NCBI GenBank assembly: GCA_964390945.1 | Contig: CAYMIV010000002.1 | Location: forward strand, 1,784-65,783 | Source of the DNA: an uncultured Candidatus Saccharibacteria bacterium | Lineage (GTDB): Bacteria; Patescibacteriota; Minisyncoccia; Phycocordibacterales; UBA918 | DNA: 64,000 bases | Direction of reading: 5' to 3' | Part shown: positions 57,367-64,000 of the stretch, piece by piece | How the letters are laid out: every line of letters begins with the position of its first letter | Numbering within the stretch: the first letter of the stretch is position 1 | Position numbers and translations under genes: made by a program | Notes under the pieces: model-generated | Told to the model about the DNA's origin: nothing | Databases searched by the model: none | What the model saw: the letters and a program-made list of their open reading frames with translations, nothing else

Positions 57367-57660
57367 ATGAGAATAAAAAAAGAAGGAGGACCCATTAAAA
57401 TAAACAACCTCCTGGATGTTTATAAAAAAAGACTCAAGGCGCCGGAGAGAACAGTAATACAAACATTCCAAGAGGTGGTTTCTGATATTTTAAAAATATC
57501 TATTCCCGACGCACAGTGTTCCTATTCACCAAACACAAAAACACTCACTATTCGAAACAACGGTCAAGTTCGGAGCGAAATACTCATGCATAAAAAGGAA
57601 ATACTCACACACCTTAAAGGGAGATTAGGGGAAAAAAACACTCCAAAAGAGGTGTTATAG
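57367..57660 (+). CDS. small protein immediately downstream of dnaN (possibly DUF721/DciA-like)
   Basis: The position right after dnaN and the ~97-aa size fit DUF721-family proteins; the sequence-level match is not verified. Confidence 0.3.
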   Translation: MRIKKEGGPIKINNLLDVYKKRLKAPERTVIQTFQEVVSDILKISIPDAQCSYSPNTKTLTIRNNGQVRSEILMHKKEILTHLKGRLGEKNTPKEVL

Positions 57661-57663
57661 GAA

Positions 57664-59832
57664 TTACTCGCTCTTTTTTTCGCTCAAAACCCCAAGAAGT
57701 TGTTTTTTCCAAAGATCCACAGCATATTCCCATCGGGAATATTGCGGGTCGGATTCCGGGTTTTCAGGTATAAGGCCATTTGGGTCGTCCCTTTTAACAT
57801 AATAGAGAATTGAGTGTGCCCCGGTAATAGAGTCTGTAATATTTGCATCACCAACACCATTGTTTCTTTCTGAATCAAACCAAACTCCACGAAGCACAGG
57901 TTTTACTGTACCTGGTGTTGGGATTGGTTCCGTAAAAGTTTCTTTTGGTATTTTTGAGAGAGCAACATCCATAAAAGCCCTCCACATAGGCGTAATAATA
58001 AGGCCTGAAATTTCACTCATAGACCTATTATCATTGTTTCCTGCCCACGCACCAACCGCGAGGTTAGGGGTATACCCTATTATCCACGCATCCCGCTTAT
58101 CATTTGTGGTGCCTGTTTTTGCCGCAACATCACGGTTTGGGAAGTATAGAAGGGAATTTGGACCATAAAGAGGGGTTCGTGCGACGTTGTCAGAGAGAAT
58201 ATCTGATATCTTGCGTGTTATTTCCTCATCCATAACTCGGGTTGGTTCACCGGAATATTCTTTAATAACAGAACCTGTATTATCCTCAATACGGAGAATA
58301 GAGTGTTGCTCATTTTTCACACCCTCGTTTGCAAAAACACCATACGCCCCAACCATATCGATAAGGCGAACCTCACCACCCCCGAGAACCAGTGTTAAAC
58401 CGTACTGGTTTGGATTTGTGAGCGTGGAAACCCCCAAATCACGCGCTGTTTTAATTGAGGGAGCAATTCCCGCCAAATAAAGTGTTTTTACAGCAGGAAC
58501 GTTTAATGATTGAGCAAGCGCGTTTCGCAGCGACACTGGCCCACGAAACTTTTCATCATAGTTTTTTGGGGAGTAACAATTATCCTGTGAAGTAAAATTA
58601 TCCATCGGGCAAGCGGTAGAAAATTGTGTTTCCAAATCAAATACAACAGTTTCCGGAGTATAGCCCTTACCAAACGCGGTAGCATACACAAACGGTTTAA
58701 ATGCGGAACCTGGTTGCCGAAGCGCAACAGCAATATTGTAGTTGCCGTCAATTTTAGTATCAAAATAATCACGAGAACCGACCAAAACAAGAACTTCTCC
58801 GGACTTCGGATCGACAGCTACCAACGCACCATTTTCCGCATTAAATGTTTTTTCATTATAGAGGGATTTCTCACGCACAATCTCCTCCGCAGCCTCCTGG
58901 AGTTCCCAATCGAGGGTTGTAATTACACGAAGACCGCGCTCCGCAAGTGATTCTTCCCCATAGAGTGCAGCAAGTTGTTCCCTAACATACATAACAAAGT
59001 GAGGAGCACGAATTCCTGTTGCGGACTGCGGCTTAAACTCAACTTTTTCAGCAACCGCACTTATATACTCCTCCTCAGAAATAAAACCCAACAACTTCAT
59101 TCTTTCTAAAACAAGGTTTTTTCTTTTCTCAAGCTCATCAACATGGTTCCCATACGGAGAGTAATATGTCGGGAGTTGCGGAAGGGAGGCAAGATACGCA
59201 GCTTCAGCAAGAGTCACGTCCGCCGCCTGTTTTCCAAAAAACGAAAGGCTGGCTTCTTCAACTCCATAAATAGTTCCACCATACGGCGACTCGTTTAAAT
59301 AGTGGGAGAGAATTTCTTCTTTTGTGAGTATTTGTTCAAGGCGGACTGCGAGTATAGCCTCTTTAATCTTTCGAGTAAGCGACTTCTCTTGTTGGAGGAT
59401 TGAGTTTTTTATTACCTGCTGAGTAATAGTAGAACCACCAGCACCACTAAAAGGACCACCACCATTCTTAATGTTAGTAACCATTGAACGGAGAATTGCG
59501 AGTGGGCGCACCCCACTATGTTCAAAAAACGTATCATCTTCAATTGCAACAGATGCATTTTTTATATGCCTCGATATTTTTTCATACGGAACAATCGTTC
59601 TCCGCACATCTTGATGAAGGTCATAGAGTAGAACCTCACCAGTTCGATCAAAAATCTTTGTTGACTGGAGAACCCGGCGTTCTTCAAAAGAGGAGAGATC
59701 CGGTATATCGAGTGTTGAAATCCATAAAAAAACACCGCCTGCGACAACAAAACCACACGCAACAAGCACCACAAAAACATCAACAAGAAACTCTTTCAGG
59801 TTATGTTTGGTGCGCCCAAAAAGGTGCAACAT
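57664..59832 (-). CDS. class A penicillin-binding protein (transglycosylase plus transpeptidase)
   Basis: GT51 motifs (EDxxFxxHxG, GGSTITQQ) and the transpeptidase motifs SAFKP, SxN and KTGTT. Confidence 0.9.
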   Translation of the reverse strand: MLHLFGRTKHNLKEFLVDVFVVLVACGFVVAGGVFLWISTLDIPDLSSFEERRVLQSTKIFDRTGEVLLYDLHQDVRRTIVPYEKISRHIKNASVAIEDDTFFEHSGVRPLAILRSMVTNIKNGGGPFSGAGGSTITQQVIKNSILQQEKSLTRKIKEAILAVRLEQILTKEEILSHYLNESPYGGTIYGVEEASLSFFGKQAADVTLAEAAYLASLPQLPTYYSPYGNHVDELEKRKNLVLERMKLLGFISEEEYISAVAEKVEFKPQSATGIRAPHFVMYVREQLAALYGEESLAERGLRVITTLDWELQEAAEEIVREKSLYNEKTFNAENGALVAVDPKSGEVLVLVGSRDYFDTKIDGNYNIAVALRQPGSAFKPFVYATAFGKGYTPETVVFDLETQFSTACPMDNFTSQDNCYSPKNYDEKFRGPVSLRNALAQSLNVPAVKTLYLAGIAPSIKTARDLGVSTLTNPNQYGLTLVLGGGEVRLIDMVGAYGVFANEGVKNEQHSILRIEDNTGSVIKEYSGEPTRVMDEEITRKISDILSDNVARTPLYGPNSLLYFPNRDVAAKTGTTNDKRDAWIIGYTPNLAVGAWAGNNDNRSMSEISGLIITPMWRAFMDVALSKIPKETFTEPIPTPGTVKPVLRGVWFDSERNNGVGDANITDSITGAHSILYYVKRDDPNGLIPENPESDPQYSRWEYAVDLWKKQLLGVLSEKKSE

Positions 59833-59946
59833 ATTGCAGATAGTAACATCCTATTGCACAAACAAACAGTGCTTTGTTTTTAGAAAAACCACCAAAACAA
59901 AACTTGTGCAAACCACAGCAGGGCGGGGAAAGAGGTTTGGATGTTT

Positions 59947-60276
59947 TTATAAATCATCCTCATCGTCAAACGAGTCGTAGTCATCCACATCACCCTCTTC
60001 TTCCTCAAGCGGCAAATCACCATCCTTCGCATCACCATCAAAGACTTCAAGCGACTTCTCGCTTTCCGGGGCGGCCATCAAACCATGATCTTCAACTTCT
60101 TCATCCACCAAATCATCACCCTCAAGTTCATCAAGAACCGAATCATCCAATTCGTCCTTCTCCTCTTCCTCCTCAAACGAGTTCGCCTGCGCAATATCAA
60201 ACATCATACATGTACTCATTAATAATTCGTTTGGTATTTTTATCAAAACTTTTCGGGTTATGCAACCCAAAAACAA
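59947..60276 (-). CDS. small highly acidic protein
   Basis: About 50% Asp/Glu (EEEEKDELDDSVLDELEGDDLVDEEVEDH...); no domain recognised. Confidence 0.35.
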   Translation of the reverse strand: MFLGCITRKVLIKIPNELLMSTCMMFDIAQANSFEEEEEKDELDDSVLDELEGDDLVDEEVEDHGLMAAPESEKSLEVFDGDAKDGDLPLEEEEGDVDDYDSFDDEDDL

Positions 60277-60279
60277 ACA

Positions 60280-60762
60280 TCAACTCCGCTCATGAGCCAA
60301 ACAAGTAATCCCGACAGCAATCGCATCATACTCATCATCAAGCGCACCCTTTGGAACGCCGGAGATAAGCCGATTTACCATATCATATACGGATTGTTTA
60401 TCACTCTTTCCATATCCGGTCACAGCAACCTTAATCTCTTGCGGACCAAATTCACGAACAACACAACCAAAACAACGCGCCACATATACAACAACACCAC
60501 GCGCCTGCGCAACACCAATAGCAGTCCTGGTGTTTTTGTTAAAAAAAAGCGTTTCTATCCCGAGTATTGTTGGTTTATACTCGCTTAAAATTGAGGAAAT
60601 AGCGTTTCCGACAACAAAAATACGTTCTGTAAGCGAGTCAGAGCGGTTGGTGGTGATACATGAAGAATAGAGGAGCGTCTCCACACCGTTTTTTTGTTCT
60701 AAAACAGCAACACCAACCCTGTCATAACCAGGGTCCACTCCAAGAACACGAACAGATTCCAT
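60280..60762 (-). CDS. ruvC: crossover junction endodeoxyribonuclease RuvC
   Basis: VLGVDPGYDRVGVAV RNase-H-fold start and catalytic acidic residues. Confidence 0.85.
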   Translation of the reverse strand: MESVRVLGVDPGYDRVGVAVLEQKNGVETLLYSSCITTNRSDSLTERIFVVGNAISSILSEYKPTILGIETLFFNKNTRTAIGVAQARGVVVYVARCFGCVVREFGPQEIKVAVTGYGKSDKQSVYDMVNRLISGVPKGALDDEYDAIAVGITCLAHERS

Positions 60763-60764
60763 AC

Positions 60765-61319
60765 TTATTCAAAACCAACCTCCGGCGCGGAGTCTGCTGT
60801 TGTGAATATGTCCTGCACGTCCTCATGTTCCTCAAGGGCTTCAATGAGTTCAGCAAGTTTCTCACCATCAGCATCCGAGAGTTCAAGGGGAGAGGAAGGT
60901 ATATACCCCTGGGGTGTTTTCATAAACGCCCACAAAGCAGATCCAGCACCACCAAGTTGATAGCCGTGCTTACTGAGCGCGTGCCTGATTTCCGGTGTGG
61001 TGCGGTTTGGGTTGTTTGTGACCGCAGTTATGAGCACAGCAGCACCACCAGGACCGTATGTTTCATAAAGCACCTCAACCAAAGACGCTCCCTCTGCCGC
61101 CTTACCCTTCATTACAGCACGGTCTATATTTTCTTTCGGCATGGAATCTCTTTTTGCGCGGTCAATAGCCGCCAAAAGCCCCGGGGCGGCAAGGTCACCA
61201 TGCGCCTTTCGTGACTCAACAGCAATGAGACTGGCGTGTTTTGAAAAAATCTTACTCTTCTGTGAATCGGACGCCGCCTTTTTGTGTTTGATTTTACTCC
61301 ACTTGTTATGTCCTGACAT
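60765..61319 (-). CDS. yebC: YebC/PmpR-family transcriptional regulator (short)
   Basis: MSGHNKWSKIKHKK... is the family-defining N-terminus. Confidence 0.85.
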   Translation of the reverse strand: MSGHNKWSKIKHKKAASDSQKSKIFSKHASLIAVESRKAHGDLAAPGLLAAIDRAKRDSMPKENIDRAVMKGKAAEGASLVEVLYETYGPGGAAVLITAVTNNPNRTTPEIRHALSKHGYQLGGAGSALWAFMKTPQGYIPSSPLELSDADGEKLAELIEALEEHEDVQDIFTTADSAPEVGFE

Positions 61320-61425
61320 AAAATATAATTACTCAGCAAACTCTAAAACAACCGCCTTTTGCCCCGAAACCAGACTGACAAAACACTGCAATACAACAGT
61401 TGCCGTAGTGTAACGTCTCTTTCCG

Positions 61426-62427
61426 CTAATGGGAAGAGTTTTTCAAATGCTCGTATGCCGCAGCAGACGCGGTGCGACCGCGGGGGGTTCTCTCAATGAG
61501 GCCGAGACGAATAAGGTACGGCTCAATAACATCTTCAATTGTTGACATTTCTTCACCAGTTGCCGCGGCGATGGTGTTAAGCCCCACGGGTCCACCACTA
61601 AACATTCTCACTACAACATCCAATACAGCCCGATCCGGAGACCCAAGACCAAGCGAATCGATTTCAAGGAGGGCAAATGTTTTTTCAACCACAGCAGCGT
61701 CAAGATTTTTCTTTTCGAGTTGTGCCAAATCCCGGCACCGCTTCAAGAGGTAGTTTGCGGTTCGTGGTGTTGCGCGACAACGGCGCGCTACACAAGAAAG
61801 AATTTCATAACTTGCAGAAACAGCAAGAATTTCGGAAGACCGACGGAGGATTTCTGTTATTTCTTCTTCAGAATAAAACTCAAGCCGAAACGTACCACCA
61901 GAAAATCTCGATCGGAGCGGAGCAGAAAGGAGCGAAATTCTTGTTGTTGCCGCAACAAGTGTAAAGGGTGGCAATTCAAGCTGAACTGTTCGGGCGGAAG
62001 GACCCTTGCCGATAATAATATCGAGAACCCCCGACTCCATCGCAGGATATAACACCTCTTCAATTGTCTTCGAGAGACGGTGAATTTCATCAATAAAAAG
62101 CACATCACCAGGAGCGAGGTTGGTGAGAATTGCGGCGAGGTCACCAACACGTTCAATAGCGGGTCCCGAGGTCGTCCGCATATTTGTGCCGAGTGTTTTT
62201 GATACAAGATGAGCGAGGGTGGTTTTCCCCAACCCAGGCGGACCATAGAGGAGGATGTGTTCAGCAGCATGACCACGCTCGCGTGCCGCAGTAAGAAGAA
62301 TTCGCAGATTCTCCTTTATTTTTGTTTGCCCAACATACTCATCCCAGTGTTGAGGGCGAAGTGTTTGATCGAGGTTTCCCACAGAATCGCGCCCAAGACC
62401 CCTTTTTTCAGAAAATTCTTGCCCCAT
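61426..62427 (-). CDS. ruvB: Holliday junction branch-migration ATPase RuvB
   Basis: Walker A GPPGLGKTTLA, RuvB sensor motifs and a winged-helix C-terminus. Confidence 0.9.
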   Translation of the reverse strand: MGQEFSEKRGLGRDSVGNLDQTLRPQHWDEYVGQTKIKENLRILLTAARERGHAAEHILLYGPPGLGKTTLAHLVSKTLGTNMRTTSGPAIERVGDLAAILTNLAPGDVLFIDEIHRLSKTIEEVLYPAMESGVLDIIIGKGPSARTVQLELPPFTLVAATTRISLLSAPLRSRFSGGTFRLEFYSEEEITEILRRSSEILAVSASYEILSCVARRCRATPRTANYLLKRCRDLAQLEKKNLDAAVVEKTFALLEIDSLGLGSPDRAVLDVVVRMFSGGPVGLNTIAAATGEEMSTIEDVIEPYLIRLGLIERTPRGRTASAAAYEHLKNSSH

Positions 62428-62576
62428 AGACGCTTATTGTATAGAAAAAAACACTAAAAAGAAGCCCAAAAAAGTCTTGACAAAAACCCATACTATGCTA
62501 GAATAGCCCGCAAATGTTCATTCATCACTGCGTTTCTGCGCAGCGATGTTCTCTCTTCAAAAGGTCACATAATATC

Positions 62577-62716
62577 CAGAGGATAACCCTCTAAGTAAAC
62601 TTGGTATTTCGAACGAGGGTAGTTTGGTGCTCGCCTTGAGCGTGACCACTGAGCTATTCCTTAGTCCCAAATGCCACTTTCATACGGAAGCATTTGCTTA
62701 GAGGGTTATCGGCTGG
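62577..62716. repeat. 20-bp imperfect inverted repeats bracketing ~100 bp that contains a tRNA D-arm-like fragment
   Basis: ccagaggataaccctctaag ... cttagagggttatcggctgg; the interior contains ggaatagctcagtggt on the minus strand but no complete cloverleaf. Confidence 0.4.
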
Positions 62717-62838
62717 ATGTTCTCAACGTGCACAACCGGAAGAAGGAATTTCTCATCGGAATATAGCACACAAAATAAAAACAACCCCCTTGACCCAAAA
62801 AGAAAACCCATTTCTAACGGGCGAGACGCCTTTTGATA

Positions 62839-64000
62839 TTAAAACCCCTCACCCAACTCGTTTTTGATTCCATAGAGATCAACAACGCGAGCGAGTTCAT
62901 CAAGTGATGTAAATCCCGCGAGCGCTTTCATAACGCCGTCCTGCTGCAATGTGGGTATCCCTTGTGGTTTTGCCGCCATGCGAATATTTTCTTCCCGCGA
63001 ATCGCTGACAATCGCTTCCTCAACAGCCTTATCAACCATAACCGCTTCGTAGATTCCCATTCGTCCCTTATAACCACTGTGTCCGCACGCATCGCACCCC
63101 GCGGCTTCATACACTGTTTGGAGCGCAACTGGTTGTTCCATAATTCTCGCAATAAGTTTTTGTTCCTCCGTATTCGCATCGCGTGAAACACGACACGCCT
63201 CGCAAAGTTTTCGCACAAGGCGCTGACCCAATATGAGGTTGAAGGCGCTTCCAATCATTCGCGAATCAACACCGAGGTTGATGAGGCGTGGAAACGCACC
63301 TACGGCGCTATTGGTGTGGAGTGTTGAGAACACAAGGTGACCGGTGAGGGCTGCATGAACCACGGTTTCCGCAACCTCGCGATCGCGGATTTCGCCAACC
63401 ATAATAACATCCGGGTCCTGACGGAGGACGGCGCGGAGCCCGGCCGCAAACGAATAATTATCACTGACTTGGGTCTGCACAATGCCGGGAAGTTTGTATT
63501 CGACTGGGTCCTCAATTGTGATGATTTTCACTTCCGGTGTGTGCACTGCTTGGAGGAATGCGTACAGCGCGGTTGTTTTTCCCGACCCGGTCGGTCCTGT
63601 TGTCACAATCGCGCCGTTGGGGCGCTTTAATTCTTCCGCAACAACTTCTCGAAGCCGCGACCCGAAATTCAAATACTCGAGTTTGAAACTTCTCGCACCC
63701 GGGTCGAGGAGACGCATAACAATAGACTCTCCATACCCCCCGGGAATGACCGATGTGCGAACTTCAATTTTCCTATCCCCGATATCGAATGTAAAACGAC
63801 CGTCTTGCGCCTCGTTTCGTATATTGAGTTTGAGCCCCGAGAGAAGTTTGAAGCGCGAAACAATGAGCGCGGAAAGGCTCTTCGGAATCTCAACCGTATC
63901 CCAAAGCACCCCGTCGAGGCGAAAGCGAATGCGTGTTGCGAGAGATTCCGGCTCAATATGAACATCGGATGCGTTGAGCGCGAGCGCACCGCCGAAAAGT
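62839..64000 (-). CDS. GspE/PilB-family type II/IV secretion ATPase (5' end runs off the window)
   Basis: Walker A GPTGSGKTT and the tetracysteine motif CEAC...CDAC. The frame stays open upstream of the reported GTG through to position 64000 (…ASDVHIEPESLATRIRFRLDGV…). Confidence 0.8.
   Translation of the reverse strand, partial: LFGGALALNASDVHIEPESLATRIRFRLDGVLWDTVEIPKSLSALIVSRFKLLSGLKLNIRNEAQDGRFTFDIGDRKIEVRTSVIPGGYGESIVMRLLDPGARSFKLEYLNFGSRLREVVAEELKRPNGAIVTTGPTGSGKTTALYAFLQAVHTPEVKIITIEDPVEYKLPGIVQTQVSDNYSFAAGLRAVLRQDPDVIMVGEIRDREVAETVVHAALTGHLVFSTLHTNSAVGAFPRLINLGVDSRMIGSAFNLILGQRLVRKLCEACRVSRDANTEEQKLIARIMEQPVALQTVYEAAGCDACGHSGYKGRMGIYEAVMVDKAVEEAIVSDSREENIRMAAKPQGIPTLQQDGVMKALAGFTSLDELARVVDLYGIKNELGEGF

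Noticed and set aside
1-64000. CRISPR arrays, rRNA genes, IS transposase genes
   Set aside because: No spaced short direct-repeat arrays, no rRNA-like conserved segments and no transposase-like ORFs were seen. The only recombinase is a XerC/D-type tyrosine recombinase.

Overview
The window looks like a chromosomal segment of a small-genome bacterium. The housekeeping gene set is reduced and no biosynthetic operons are present, which suggests a Patescibacteria/CPR-like lineage (inference from gene content only). It spans the replication origin: rpmH-rnpA-yidC on the minus strand, then dnaA, DnaA-box/AT-rich oriC, dnaN, a possible DUF721-like ORF, and a divergent PBP1A. Recognisable core genes are clpP, rny, an HU protein, corA, cca, xth, an ABC-F ATPase, tspO, bcp, rpsO, an NYN protein, pnp, a DksA/TraR-family protein, comM/yifB, pcrA, rsmA, ruvC, yebC, ruvB and a partial GspE/PilB ATPase at the 3' edge. 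Four tRNAs are present (Gly-UCC, Pro-UGG, Gly-GCC, Arg-UCG), all on the minus strand. They sit among tRNA fragments, partial 3'-end duplications and a shared repeat module, which looks like integration or recombination scarring. Three ECF sigma factors each sit directly next to a membrane-anchored anti-sigma-like gene. There is a XerC/D-type recombinase. The most interesting feature is an origin-proximal 11.5-kb locus (41.7-53.2 kb) that encodes a minimal type-IV-secretion/conjugative-pilus-like apparatus. It has VirB6/TrbL-like, VirB3/PrgI-like and VirB2-pilin-like proteins, a VirB4 ATPase interrupted by a single in-frame TAG, and a 777-aa surface protein carrying three poly-G(8) tracts and duplicated Cys modules. 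No relaxase, VirD4 or VirB11 is visible. Other notable points are a ClpP ORF that reads through its terminator hairpin, several direct repeats and palindromes, and two GC-rich or structured intergenic regions that may encode ncRNAs. No CRISPR array and no rRNA were seen. All functional calls come from reading motifs in the translations, without a database search.
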